From Paragordius varius (taxonomy: Eukaryota > Animalia > Nematomorpha), in NCBI GenBank assembly GCA_964247055.1, contig OZ176050.1:6076001-6140000 (forward strand): DNA of 64,000 nt. The letters run 5' to 3'. How positions within the stretch are numbered: the first letter of the stretch is position 1; every line of letters starts with the position of its first letter. The notes below the pieces were generated by a model that searched no databases, had not been told where the DNA came from, and worked only from the letters and a program-made list of their open reading frames with translations. Shown piece after piece: positions 39,620 through 53,809 of the stretch. Made by a program: the position numbers and the translations under genes.

Positions 39620-42379
39620 ACAATCATTTAAAGATAGGATTATAGAAAATTTGTTTACAGAGTTTTTTTGGTTCATAATATTGCCCATACAACAATAATC
39701 ATTGCTGCATTTATATCTTTGCAATTTCTGAAAAAAAGCACGAATGCACACATTATTTTATTTATTAAATAGTATTGGTTTATTCGCTTTTTTATGATTT
39801 TTACAATTTATATAGATATCTTCATAATTCTACATGTTAAAAATATATCCTAATTATTTTGTTTAATAATTATTTTTTTACAAAATGTAATACAATTTAT
39901 ATTCTATGCTTTATTGTACCCAAAAATCTGTTTTACATTTTTAACGTTTGATATTGCTATTTGATATATATTTTTTAATTATCTGAAAAATGGATTTAAT
40001 ACAATATTTTGAATCTCCTCAAAAGACTAATTAATTCTTATAATCACTTAAAACACTTGATTATTTTTTTCACATTCACACAACACAGTTTTTAACTGGG
40101 GCTTTTGTATGGAGATCTTATTTAAAATTTTTAAAATCAATTGATTTTTTCCAATACAAAAACTCATAGTCGAATTTAATGATTGCATTAGTTATGGTAA
40201 ACTATTATTTATATTATATGAAAATAAATTATGGCAATATTCAATTTTATTTTTTTAAACCATCACACAGCGTCCAAATTTATTCTGACAGAACAGTGCT
40301 GGTATATGATGATTTTGGTTTTGGCCTATACGAGTGATTTAATATGTTATTTACACTTCTCTGGAGCTGTTCCATATCGGATAAATGGCAATATTTGCGC
40401 ACATTTTTTAAAATAATTTTTTTTGGAAATAAAAGCCTTATCCAAAATATATGATAAAATACATATAATACAAAACAATATTCTTATAAAATTTTATTTT
40501 AGTTGTAGGTTCTAATACGGACTATATCGAAATAAAGGTAAAAATGCCGAGAATGCGCAATAAATTTTTTAAATATATGCTAAATTTTAATATCGAAAAG
40601 AGGGGCTATCAATTAAATTTAGTGTACTTCTTAAAAAATTGCTTTTTGATGAAAATTTAACCCAAATTTTATATCAAACTAGCTTTTGATATTCCAAAGC
40701 GGTAGATATGTCATCATCGAATTATATAAGAAAGTGTTTTTATAAATAAAGCATTTTTATACCGTTTCCATCATGCCTCAAAGTATTATGAAAGCGCTTC
40801 AACAAAATTATTTATTTTTTTTAAAAAAAGTATATATTTAAAAATTTAGTTGCTATCAACACTCTGCATATATTTAAAATTTTTATCGCGCAACTTCAGC
40901 ATTTTTGCTTTTTTAGAAAAGTGTTCGGTGCCTACATCTAAAAATTATATATTTTAAAATATATTGCTTTGCAATATGTAGTTAAAGATATATTTTAGTG
41001 ATATTTTTTAGAATTAACCTTTTAGTTTGTATTAACAAAGTTTAGTTTGAAAAATTGGCGCAATTTTTGCCATTTTTATGGAGAACTTACCACATACTTG
41101 AAAGGGCCAAAACCAACGAACCATCATAATCCTAATACATTTCCCTATCAACCGATTTTGGACGCAGTGTAAGTACATAGAAGACATATTTATTTGCACC
41201 AATGTCATAGATACTTTTTATGTTCATATTATATGTTGGGTAAAGAGTAGTATAAACGGTAATAAAGTTTTACCTCCCAATGTTATCCCTTATATTGCTT
41301 TAATTTCGATTTTTTAGCACACGTTGACATTTTTGAGTTTTTTTTACCCCAGAGTTTAAAGATGTGATTTCTCTTTTGAAAGAGGTTTTATCAAATTTTA
41401 ATTATCTAACCACCTTCTTCCTATATTAGATAAAAATCTATAATTTGTACAGTTTAAACTATAGTCCAATCGTTAGCTCCAAAACACGATCGAAGCAAAC
41501 GCTGATAATAAAATATATAAATATAAAATCTGGTAAAATGTTATTTGAATTTCAAAGATGTACGTTTGTTAATTATAATACATTTATTTGTGTCGAATTA
41601 TGGATTTAAAAAAATTCAAAAAGAGAAAATATGCGGCGAAAAAGCTTAAAATTTTGATTTAGTTAAAAAATTAGCATCAAGCTCCAAAAAGGTTAAAGAA
41701 ATCATATTTTTACATTTCCAATGCAAGCATTTTATAAGTTTGAATATTAATGGCCCTGGGGTGTAAAGCTAGAAAATCATCACGTGCAAAATTTGAAAAT
41801 GTCAATAGCTTGGATACAACACATTGATTTTTGTATCCCGATAGAAACACGACTGTTTAAAATCAAATATTTTTAAATATATGGAACAAATGAAACCATA
41901 CAGAGTTTGCCCTTATTTAACATTAACGAACAAAAATAAAAAAAATATCATTACTTATTTTATGGATAAACCTTAAGGTAAATTAGGTCATCATCACATG
42001 TGGGCATAAAATAAAACAAATTTTCTGGTTATTTCCTGGTGGATGTTTAACACTCCATTACCGTTTGGGATAGTAGTTTTATATCCCAGAGCCTAGGGAT
42101 TAAGCCGAATATAAAAATATGCTTTCTTTCATCTTTTATGCACATTATAATTTTTTAAAAAAACTGTAAAATTGTAAAAAAAATCCTCATCTCAAACTTT
42201 TTCGCCGTCTTTTTTCTATCGTTTTTAAATCGCTACAGCAACAGGCAAATAAATGTATAGTATACTCAATATACATATTAAATTTTATTTTTTATAAATC
42301 CAGAGTGAGAGAGCCACTTTTGATTTGGACTCTGAGTATGCCCTTATTGTTTAAAATGGTATTTTATTTGTTAAAACTA

Positions 42380-42920
42380 CGCATACTTGGTTGAAAATAT
42401 ATTTATTGCAGCAATCCATTATTGAAAATAACCATAATTGATAATTTTAAATATTTTTATTGTTGAAAACACCGATAATTGATTTTTATTAATAAAAACT
42501 ACCCACAAGTGATTGGGAAAAATATTTTGATTGTTAAAAATGCAAATACTTGATTGGGTAAAATATTTTAATTGTTGAGAAGTAGCGATTGAATAGGTGA
42601 AAAAACCCATATTTGATTGTGTTAAATATTTTGATTTTTGAAATAATTCACACTTTATAAGAAAAAATATTTTTATTGTTGGAAATACACTTGATTAGGT
42701 AAAGTATTAATGGGTAAAATATTTTTAGTGTTGAGAAGTAGCGATTGATTTCTGAAAATACCCATATTTGACTGTGTTAAATATTTAGATTGTTGAAAAT
42801 ACCCACACTTGATTGGGTAAAATATTTTAATTGTTAAGAAGTAGGAATTGATTGTTAAAAATATCCACACTTGATTTGTAAAATATTTTGTTTTTTGAAA
42901 ATACCTAGATTTGATTGTGA
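42380..42920. repeat. Degenerate minisatellite (about 21/43-bp units, TTGATTGGGTAAAATATTTTAATTGTTGAAAATACCCACAC-like), present only in duplication copy 1
   Basis: Direct reading of recurring units. It lies within the roughly 980-bp segment 42260-43238 that copy 2 lacks. Confidence 0.8.
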
Positions 42921-44789
42921 AAAGCAAAAAATGATAAGTTACCCAATTTTTGAGGGTTTTTGCCCCCTAAAACAAAAAGTATTGGATATTTTGAGTAAAT
43001 TTTTTTTATTTTGAAGATAAATTGGTAATCTCTTGTAAAAATACTTATGTAAGCCACATATTATTTGTTTACATATCGAAAAATATTTACAAACAAGAAA
43101 TTTTTGAATATGTCCAAATAAAAAGTCCAATATCTCGAAAACGAGCTGGGTAAGTAAAAAAAATTACGCAAATCTAATCACAATACCATAAAGAATCAAA
43201 TATTAAGAAAATAATCCAGAAAAAGTTGTGTCACAGTGTTATGCTTAAAAAATGTAAAAGACACTCCTCAACAAGGTTTTGCACCACCCCATTTTTTGCA
43301 TTTTCTGTTACCTAATTTCATTGAAAGGCCTAAAAAATATGAGGCCGCCAATAGCGTTTTTTTTAAATTTTAATTTTGAATTTTGTATTTAATTAACTGC
43401 CCAAAATCGCTGCCGAAGGTTTGTTATCCCTTTATCACGAGAAATACGTCTTATCAAGCGGATTTGTTATTTGACATAGAAATCAATATACAATAAATAA
43501 TTATCATTTATTGAATATATTAATTAAAAATTCTATGTATTATATAAAAGAGAATACGAAACTTTAAAAATATAGAATTAAAATAAATTGCTAAGAGCCA
43601 AAAGAGTATTAAAAAGGGGTAATGTAGGATGTGGTGTTATAGATCCGGGCGGCTTGCACCAATTCTGCGAAAATTCCCCAAGTAATCCTATACATATGCC
43701 AGATATGGCAAAGGGTATAGAATGGGGTGATCGCAAGCCCGGTAGGAGAGACCTGCAGATTATATAACATAGTTAACTTCAGCAAAATCCAGGGAAATTG
43801 ACATCTCAAATTAACCAATTCACAGAGTTAGACAAATTTTATTAAATAGGATAAGAAGATTAGATAAGTTCAAGTGATCATATTGTAGTTCATAAATTTA
43901 TGGTAGATATCCATCATCCAAGTAATAAAAGTGTATAAATTCAAATTATACCGCATCCAACTCGTATTCATTTTTTCTCCCTGATATGTAAATGACATAT
44001 TTATATTCGAGACAGAGATAACGCTTTAGTTAAGTTATATTTGATTTTCTGTCTATTTTCTCTTGTTTTTGAAAAATTGAAAAAAAGTGTAATATCTCAA
44101 AATTAGTATTAAGAGGATCAAAATTCTTATCAGATTCGGTTTTAGAATACTGAAAGCAGTCAAAATACAAAAATTTGAGTGTGGTGCTCGAAAAAGTCCA
44201 AATTTGTGGACTAGTGTAATTAACTTTAAAATGTAAAGTTACATTTTACCAGCAAAAATTTGACATATTTTGATTTAATAATCAGCTGTTGGCTTCAATT
44301 GTTTTGAGATAAAACTACCCCAAGATGTAAATTAGGACAAAAAAGTGAAAAGGTCATGAAGTGCTAAATAAATCTTTAGCTTTACTTCTAGATAATAATA
44401 AAAGCACGATATTTTGCGAAATTTTAAATAAAAATGGCCTTAAAGTTATATACGGAACTTTTTTTGTAAAACTAAATTTTATTTAGATATTTTGGCTAAT
44501 AAGCATAAATTTAAATTGGCATTGTTTATTTCTGTAGTTTTTTAAAATATCAACTTTAATATTGTCTTGAGTATTTAGATATTTGAATCGAAGTGTTCAC
44601 AAAACTGTGAAATATAATGATTTCTAATACAGCAGAAGAATATTAGATCATTATTAACTACAATAATTCAAAACGGCGGTTTATTTAGAAGATTAAGCTC
44701 TGGGATGTAAAAGGAAAAAGGTTATGAAGTGTTATATTTTTCTTCTAATATGATAACAATTATATAAGTGAGGCAATTTATTTTATAGT

Positions 44790-45120
44790 TTTTAAAAAAA
44801 AGCTCCATGTCAAACTGCTTCAACGCCAATTTTATTTGACACATTTTTGCATATCGCGTTTTTTTAACGTTAAAAATTATAGAATAATTAGAGAAAGTCG
44901 GCTGTTTTGCAACTCTCTATTCAGACCATGCACACATGTCAAGTTGGCTAAATTTTTACTTTCAAGTTTATTCATAACTACCATTAAATAGAATATAAAT
45001 TATGTTTTAGTGCATCAAAGTAATAAGTACAAACTTTTGCAAAGGTTTTAATTTGTTGAAAGACAAGCCTGGGTCATAAACAACCCCAATCTGAATCAAA
45101 GGAGTTAAATGAAATTGTAT
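44790..45120. mobile_element. Degenerate partial copy of the piggyBac-like MITE abutting the GPANK1 start (also about 54670-54975); other fragments at about 41805-41960 and 44330-44600
   Basis: Shares motifs with copy B: CCATGTCAAACT.CTTC.ACGCC, CACACATGTCA, and CCCCAAT.TGAATC.AAGGA. Confidence 0.6.
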
Positions 45121-45862
45121 TTATATGAATGCATGAATAATTTGGGTGAATTAAGAAAATTTAATCGTCTGGTATTGATGACATGAAAACGCTTTCCAAA
45201 ACTTTAAAAGGTGGATTTTCAATAGACACCCAAGATTCATATGGATGGACGCTTTTGGCACATTCGATAGCCAAAATTTAATTATTGCCAAATTTCTTTT
45301 GGAACAAGGGGCAAATATTAATATAAAGTTCCACGGGCGTCCTATCATTCCCGATCTAATCAATAAATTTAACATAGATATTAGTCAGTTGTATGAACCA
45401 ACTCCACAAATTAAAAGTATAAATCATGAACTTCTCTTTAAAAAAGTTGATAATATTGACACAAACGATTTTTGCGCCGTTTGCCAACGAAAAACGAAAA
45501 ATCACACCCATAATGGATCAATTGTTCATTTGCTAAATCTCAAAAAGTTTGATAAAATGCATCCTTCATACCACATTGATCATTCAAACAAAGGCTTCCA
45601 AATGCTTTTACGAAAGGGCTGGAACCCAGATTTGGGTTTAGGCAAAAATAATCAAGGTCCATTATATCCCGTAACTCCAAACATGAAACCTGATAAAAAA
45701 GGCTTAGGATTCAATTATAACAAACGTAAAAGTAACAACACATTAACTAAAACCAAAACGAAAACAAGTCGTTTGCAAAACGATTCCACACCGTCTTGCA
45801 CAGATCTTCAAGATGACAACAAGTTTAAAGAAAAATATTATAGGCAACTTTTACGCGATTTG

Positions 45863-45865
<3 letters not shown>
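45108..45865 (+). pseudogene. GPANK1: Frameshifted copy of GPANK1
   Basis: Relative to 54961-55734 it lacks 13 nt (ATCGAAAATAATG) at about 45180 and 4 nt at about 45275. From the homologous ATG it stops after 25 codons. A 206-aa downstream ORF (45245-45865) keeps the G-patch but loses most of the ankyrin region. Confidence 0.85.
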
Positions 45866-45893
<28 letters not shown>

Positions 45894-46551
45894 CAATTTA
45901 TTTGAATAACTTGTAATTTGGTATTACATAATCATTATTATATTATAGATTAAATAAATTTATATGTTATTACAAAATACTAAAATAGATTAATGATGGT
46001 AGTTTATATTTATATGATAGATTGATTGTAAAGATGGGCATTTTTTAAGGTTAGACATTGAATGCATTGAAGCAGTAGATATAAGTGAGATTTGCTAATT
46101 GCTTGGTTATGATCACATTTAACAAATAACGTAATATTACATGCAATAAAATTTGTAATTTAATCGCAAAGAGTATTTTAATTATTTAGTTATTTATATT
46201 AAAAAATATGGTTTATAAATCAATTTGATGGTGGCAATTTAAAATAACATGTTAGATATGAATCACGGCCTACATTTTTTGTGTTATATTGAATTTTCCC
46301 AAAGTGGTTAGCCTAAAAATATAAAAAAATATTTTAGTAATAAAGGAACGTTTTTTCCTTCATTTTTGTTAAATAAAATGTATCGTTTTAAGCAAAATGA
46401 GGAGTAAGATGTAAATGTAACTCAATAATATGTTTACAAAAAAAAATTAAGGTTAAGAAAAGTATGGCTAGTCCTTTTAAAAATATTTTTCACTCTTTTA
46501 ATTCTTACGTTTGACTTTTTAATATTGGTTTTTACTGTAATCTTATATTGT

Positions 46552-46742
46552 TTAGTCGTTATAAATGAGTGATGTTCGGCGAGATCCACATCCTTTCTCA
46601 GCGTCTGGGGGTACAGTTCCATCGCTCGGTGCGATATTGCTATCATTAATCATAGTGTCATATATGTCAGCTGCACTATCGAGACCGGTTGTAGCGGATA
46701 TTGTGTTTTCCGCCGATGTGGTCATCACACTCTTCCCAAAAC
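46552..46742 (-). other. Duplicated terminal coding exon of NT5C2 (intact; orphan or alternative last exon)
   Basis: Matches 56402-56592 except for one synonymous change (GCA/GCG). The acceptor TTTTTAAACTGTTAG and the stop codon are retained. Confidence 0.8.
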
Positions 46743-47344
46743 CTAACAGTTTAAAAATTAATTTATTACGGATGGTACTTTAAACTATAGTGGTTTCCAC
46801 GAAATGAACTTTGGAAAATAAACAGTGTTAACTAATGAACTTATATTGATGATCATACATTGCTCCGCGATTTTTAAATAAGGTATTTTAGAGTTATAAT
46901 AATTGTTCAAAATCAAGTAAATCTTCCCACAATATAATTGTTTGAGTGCATTTTAAATCACTTAAAAACGGAAAATTGAAATTTATTTAAAAAATTAATT
47001 ATAATTTTTCTCAAAGTGCTTTTTTTGGTGTTAATGTTGTAATCAGTAAATTATGGATCGTCATATAAATTTTATTGATAATTTTTATTAGAAGAAGGAT
47101 TTTTTGAAATATACAACGATGATGATGAGATTTTGATCTTTTACCGACTAAATAGCTAAATCTCCAAAAACTATTATAAAAAGGCCTAGTCCTTTCAAAC
47201 TCTTTTTATAAGATCAATATGTTAAATAATTAACTTAATTTTTTTGCATATACATGCATTTGCATTTTAAAAGTTATTTAACTTTTATTTAAACGTTTTC
47301 TTATCTCATTTTGGTTGATCATAAATTTAATAAACGTTATATAG

Positions 47345-50300
47345 GGTACGTATGCTACAGTTTACAAAGGCAAGAGTCGGTTAACGAATACGTTTGTGGC
47401 TTTGAAAGAAATTCGTTTAGAATATGAGGAAGGTGCTCCTTGTACTGCTATTCGCGAAGGTATAATATTTGTTAAAAAACTCTATATAAAAATTGGCTTT
47501 ATTAGCTATTTTTGGAAATATAAATTTGATAATAAGTTTCCATATGTAATATTTTTTTTAAATTTTAAAAAATACAACTTTTAACTACACATATATAAAA
47601 TATTTAAGTTTTCTCACAGCATCTAAATTTTAATTCATGCAGAATTTTCCCGTTAATAAAATATTATTTTATACCTTTTATATTATACCGCGTTAATTAA
47701 TTTTTTATTGCTTTCATATATTTTATATGTTTTTAGTTTCCCTTTTAAAGAATTTGAAACACGCTAATATAGTGACGCTTCATGATATTGTCCACACATC
47801 TACTTCCCTTACTTTGGTTTTCGAATATTTGGTAATTTTTAAATCAATGAATCATACTCAGTATTTTGGTTTGAAAGATCTATATGTTGATATTCACATA
47901 TAGAAATAAAAAGTTTTAAATAATTTTATCATAATTTTTTATATATTAATATGTTTGTTTGTTTAAGGAACGCGATTTGAAACAATTTATGGAAGATGCC
48001 AATAATGTTATGGATTTGAATAATGTTAAGGTAGGAATTTATTATTAATATATATAAACGTGCGTTTTACTCTTTATATAAATTATGCTAATTAAATCTA
48101 ATTTTTTACACAGCTCTTTTTATTTCAACTCTTTCGTGGTTTGGAGTTTTGTCATCGAAAAAAGATTTTACACCGTGATTTGAAACCACAAAATTTACTT
48201 ATCAATCGAATTGGGGAACTTAAATTAGCCGATTTTGGTATTCTTATTATAAATATCTTGTGAGTGCCAAATTTTGGAGTCCGTTTGTATTTGGGAGACT
48301 CAATTTAAAATTTAAGAATAAAATATGTAGAAATTACGTAAATTAATTTAAAATATTTCTATGGTTTAAATTCATTCTACTTATTTTATATAAATTTTGA
48401 TTGTATTATATATTTTAAAAAGTTATAAAGCCAGAATACTTATAATCAGTTGTTTTTTGTTTGTTTTTCGGTTATTTTGCTTTTATACCGAATCAGTTAT
48501 CAATTTTTCTAAAATTTGAGTTTTCCAAAACGTACAAGGGGACTTCAAAATTTGTCACCCTATAAGTGAATATATATTGTCACTGTAATGTTAAGGGCTT
48601 GCTCGAGCGAAATCAATACCAACCAAAACATATTCAAACGAAGTGGTTACTTTGTGGTATCGACCACCCGAAGTTCTTATGGGATCAACTGAATACTCGA
48701 CCCCCATAGATATGTGGTATGATTTTTTTTGCATATATATTAACATATCACCGTATTTTCCAAATTTCGGGTTTTAAAATGTTGAATTTTGACATATTAT
48801 TGAAAACAATAAGATATAATTGTTAACTTTTGTATCCGAAAACGGAAAAAATATCACAAGAAATATCTATTAGTAATATCATTTTAGAATAAAATAGCCA
48901 AATACCTATTTATATATTTGTATATCATCGAATTGCGGCGCTTTCATGTACTAAATTTTAATAATTTGATAAAAAGTAAATTATTTATATAAATTCGTTA
49001 ACTTTCAAAGGGGTGTTGGATGCATTTTTTATGAAATGGTAACGGGATCTCCCTTATTTCCCGGATCAGCAGTTGAGGATCAATTAAAACTTATCCTTCA
49101 TTTCTACGATAATTCCTTTGATATTAAGCAAAAGCTACCGCCATCATTATCAACCCTAAATTTTGCGCAGTACCTAAATTCTTTCCCCAGCCTAATTTCA
49201 CAAAATAAACTATGTAGTCATAACAAGGAAACGAAAATGGATATGAATGGGTCATCCCCCAATCAAAATGGTATTTTTGAACTTTCATATAAATTTATTT
49301 ACTTTTATACTAGATTATATACTCAAACATTTTCGGGTAGATTCCAATTTGTAAATTTTTTTGTTTGGCTGAAAAATACAAAAAAAGTTTCGGATAACAA
49401 ATCTGTGCAAAAATGGTTTGACTGTATAACATAATTATGTCTAGGAACTGAACAACATGATATCATCACTGAAATTCAACAATACAATGGTGAGGAACAT
49501 GATGAAGATTCTGGCACATTGACAAAACATCAAACGCAAAGCCAATATCGGAACCAACGGAATAAACTTTCAGCGTCCAACTCATTGCAAACGGTTATAA
49601 CTAACAACAACTTTGATGACATTTCTCACAATACGACGACCATCATGGACAATTATTCATCCATAAATCTCTGTTCTATTACATCTTCCCCATCCCTTAG
49701 CCTATCAGATTATTCTAGGAATCAAGCGTTACAAACTCTTCGTGTTTTAGCGGATAGATTGGATTCCGTTGGATTAGATCTGTTATGTTCCCTTTTAAAC
49801 TATGATCCTCGGGCACGGGTTTCAGCTTATTCTGGCATTCGACATGCATATTTTACGCGTACGCTTCCAGAAAGAATTTATTCTTTGCCAGATAGTATAT
49901 TTTACAAATTTTATATAACGCATTAAATATATATCTTTGCTTAAAATGCATAGTTAAAGAGTTCTTTATTATCATGTAATCATTGTAAATGATTAATAGT
50001 AGGTAAAAAATTAAATATTATATTCAATATTAGCTGCATCAATATTTGTGATACCATCCATAAAACTAGCCAAACTTCCTCCATCATCTAAGTCAATGTC
50101 AACGCTTACAAGTTTTATTTTTATCTCTTATGACATTATAATTTTATATCAGGGCTTCAAACTGGTTATAAAAAGGTTGAACCGGAACCGCAATGGTTTC
50201 TGGACGGTTGGAACAGGACCTGTCTGGTTCCTAAGAAAATATGGATCCGGGCTGGTTCCTACAAAACGGAAATGACTCCTGCTAAAATCCCAGGAACCAG

Positions 50301-50416
50301 GTTCCGGTTCGAAGCCCAGTTTTAAATATTTCTTTCAATATATTTTTTTTTAATTAAGTTAAACAAAGAAGACAAAGTTTACTGTGATTTGTTCCTAATC
50401 AGAGATGGTACACTAA
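47345..50416 (+). CDS. Duplicated 3' module (exons 4-12) of the PCTAIRE kinase; open frame, all splice sites intact, no 5' exons of its own
   Basis: GTYATV through the C-terminus is repeated with no indels. I count 8 synonymous and 5 non-synonymous differences, none non-synonymous in subdomains I-X. Confidence 0.75.
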
Positions 50417-53400
50417 ACAATCATTTAAGGATAGGATTATAGAAAATTTGTTTACAGAGTTTTTTTTGGTTCATAATATTGCCCATACAACAATAATCAT
50501 TGCTGCATTTATATCTTTGCAATTTCTGAAAAAAGCACGAATGCACACATTATTTTATTTATTAAATAGTATTGGTTTATTCGATTTTTTATGATTTTTA
50601 CAATTTATATTATCTACATAATTCACTTACATGTTAAAAATACCCTAATTATTTTGTTTAATAATTATTTTTTTACAAAATGTAATACAATTTATATTCT
50701 ATGCTTTATTATACCCAAAAATCTGTTTTACATTTTTAACGTTTTATATTGCTATTTGATATATATTTTTTTAATTATTTGAAAAATGGATTTAATACAA
50801 TATTTTGAATCTCCTCAAAAGACTAATTAATTCTTATAATCACTTAAAACACTTGATTATTTTTTTCACAATCACACAACACAGTTTTTAACTGGGGCTT
50901 TTGTATGGAGATCTTATTTAAAATTTTTAAAATCAATTGATTTTTTCCAATACAAAAACTCATAGTCGAATTTAATGATTGCATTAGTTATGGTAAACTA
51001 TTATTTATATTATATGAAAATAAATTATGGCAATATTCAATTTTATTTTTTTAAACCATCACACAGCGTCCAAATTTATTCTGACAGAACAGTGCTGGTA
51101 TATGATGATTTTGGTTTTGGCCTATACGAGTGATTTAATATGTTATTTACACTTCTCTGGAGCTGTTCCATATCGGATAAATGGCAATATTTGCGCACAT
51201 TTTTTAAAATAATTTTTTTTGGAAATAAAAGCCTTATCCAAAATATATGATAAAATACATATAATACAAAACAATATTCTTATAAAATTTTATTTTAGTT
51301 GTAGGTTCTAATACGGACTATATCGAAATAAAGGTAAAAATGCCGAGAATGCGCAATAAATTTTTTAAATATATGCTAAATTTTAATATCGAAAAGAGGT
51401 GCTATCAATTAAATTTAGTGTACTTCTTAAAAAATTGCTTTTTAATGAAAATTTAACCCAAATTTTAAATCAAACCAGCTTTTGATTTTCCGAAGCGGTA
51501 GATATGTCATCATCGAATTATATAAAAAAGTGTTTTTATAAATAAAGCATTTTTATACCGTTTCCATCATGCCTCAAAGTATTATGAAAGCGCTTCAACA
51601 AAATTATTTTTTTTAAAAAAGTATATATTTAAAAAATTAGTTGCTATCAAAACTCTGCATATATTTAAAATTTTTATCGCGCAACTTCAGCATTTTTGCT
51701 TTTTTAGAAAAGTGGGGACTTTCGGTGCCTACATCTAAAAATGATATATGTTAAAATATATTGCTTTGCAATATGTAGTTAAAGATATATTTTAGTGATA
51801 TTTTTTAGAATTAAGCTTTTAGTTTCTATTAATAAAATTTTGTTTGAAAAATTGGCGCAATTTTTGCCATTTTTATGGAGAACTTACCACATACTTGAAA
51901 GGGCCAAAACCAACGAACCATCATAATCCTAATACATTTCCCTATCAATCGATTTTGGACGCAGTGTAAGTACATAGAAGACATATATATTTGCACCAAT
52001 ATCATAGATACTTTTTATGTTTATATTATATGTTGGGTAAAGAGTAGTATAAACGGTAATAAAGTTTTACCTCCCAATGTTATCCCTTAAATTGCTTTAA
52101 TTTCCATTTTTTAGCACACGTTGACATTTTGGAGGTTCTTTTACCCCAGAGTTAAAGATGTAATTTCTCTTTTGAAAGAGGTTTTATCAAATTTTATTAT
52201 CAAACCACCTTCCTATATTAGATATAAATCTATAATTTGTACAGTTTTTTAAACTATAGTCCAATCGTTAGCTCCAAAACACGAAAGCAAACGCTGATAA
52301 TAAAATATAAAATTTGCTGGTAAAATGTTATTTGAAAGCTTTTCAAAGATGTACGTTTGTTAATTTTAATACATTTATTTGTGTCGAATTATGGATTTAA
52401 AAAAATCCAAAAAGAGAAAATATGGGGCGAAAAAGCTTAAAATTTTAATTTATTTTAAAAAATTAGCATCAAGCTCCAAAAAGGTTAAAGAAATCATATT
52501 TTTACACTTCCAATGCAAGCATTTTATAAGTTTGAATATTAATGGCCCTGGGGTGTAAAGCTAGAAAATCATCACGTACAAAATTTGAAAATGTCAATAG
52601 CTTGGATACAACACATTGATTTTTGTATCCCGATAGAAACACGACTGATTAAAATCAAATATTTTTAAATATATGAAATAAATGAAACCATACAGAGTTA
52701 GCCCTTATTTAACATTAACGAACAAAAATAAAAAAATATTATTACTTATTTTATGGATAAACCTTAAGGTAAATTAAGTCATCATCACATGTGGGCATAA
52801 AATAAAACAATTTTTCTGGTTATTTCCTGGTGGATGTTTAACACTCCATTACCGTTTGGGATAGTAGTTTTATATCCCAGAGCCTAGGGATTAAGCCGAA
52901 TATAAAAATATGCTTTCTTTCATCTTTTATGCACATTATAATTTTTTTAAAAAACTAAAATTGTAAAAAAATCCTCATCTCAAACTTTTTCGCCTTTTTC
53001 TATCGTTTTTAAATCGCTACAGCAACAGGCAAATAAATGTATATTATGCTTAAAAAAATGTAAAAGACACTCCTCAACAAGGTTTTGCACCACCGCATTT
53101 TTTTGCATTTTCTGTTACATAATGGTATGGAAAGACCTAAAAAATTTGAGGCCGCCAATAGGGTTTTTTTAAATTTTAAATTTAAATTTTGTATTTAATT
53201 AACTGCCCAAAATCGCTGCCGAAGGTTTGTTATCCCTTTCTCAGAAATACGTCTTATCGAGCGGATTTGTTATTTGACATAGAAATCAATATACAATAAA
53301 TAATTATCATTTATTGAATATATTAATTAAAAATTTTATGTATTAAATAAAAGAGAATACGAAACTTTAAAAATATAGAATTAAAATAAATTGCTAAGAG

Positions 53401-53722
53401 CCAAAAGAGTATTAAAAAGGAGGAATGTATGATGTGGTGTTATAATCCCCCAAGCAATTCTATACATATGCCAGATATGGCAAAGAGTATACAATGGGGT
53501 GATCGAAAGCCCGGTAGGGGAGACCTGAGATAATATAACATAATTAACTTCAGCAAAATCCAGGGAAATTGACATCTCAAATTAACCAATTCACAGAGTT
53601 AGACAAATTTGACATTAAATAGGATAAAAAGATTAGATAAGTTTAAGTGATCATATTGTAGTTCCCAAATTTATGGTAGGATATCCATCATCCAAGTAAT
53701 AAAAGTGTATAAATTAAAATTA

Positions 53723-53809
53723 TACCGCATCCAACTCGTATTGCTTTTTTCGCCCTGATATGAAACTGACATATCAGGGCGAAAAAAACAATACGAGTTG
53801 GATGCGGTA
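53723..53809. repeat. Near-perfect 40-bp-stem inverted repeat (TA-flanked), complete only in duplication copy 2
   Basis: TACCGCATCCAACTCGTATTGCTTTTTTCGCCCTGATATG-aaactga-CATATCAGGGCGAAAAAAACAATACGAGTTGGATGCGGTA. Copy 1 (about 43949-44015) has only the left arm plus traces. Confidence 0.85.

Larger units (their letters stand above)
36203..47018. repeat. Tandem segmental duplication, copy 1 (10,816 bp)
   Basis: Collinear with 47019-56849. At the junction ...CTCAAAGTG|CTTTTTTTGGTG..., the left side equals 56841-56849 and the right side equals 36203 onward. Confidence 0.97.

Noticed and set aside
40231-40416. 61-aa ORF identical in both duplication copies (51027-51212)
   Set aside because: It lies in a stretch that is identical in flanking non-coding DNA too, so identity is not evidence of coding.
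42380-42920. Repeat array as CRISPR or as coding ORFs (42419-42610, 42673-42927)
   Set aside because: Degenerate tandem units with no unique spacers in a eukaryotic context. The ORFs simply translate the repeat.
43609-43818. 69-aa minus-strand ORF, partly repeated at 53381-53575
   Set aside because: The copies differ by frame-changing indels, so it is not under coding constraint.
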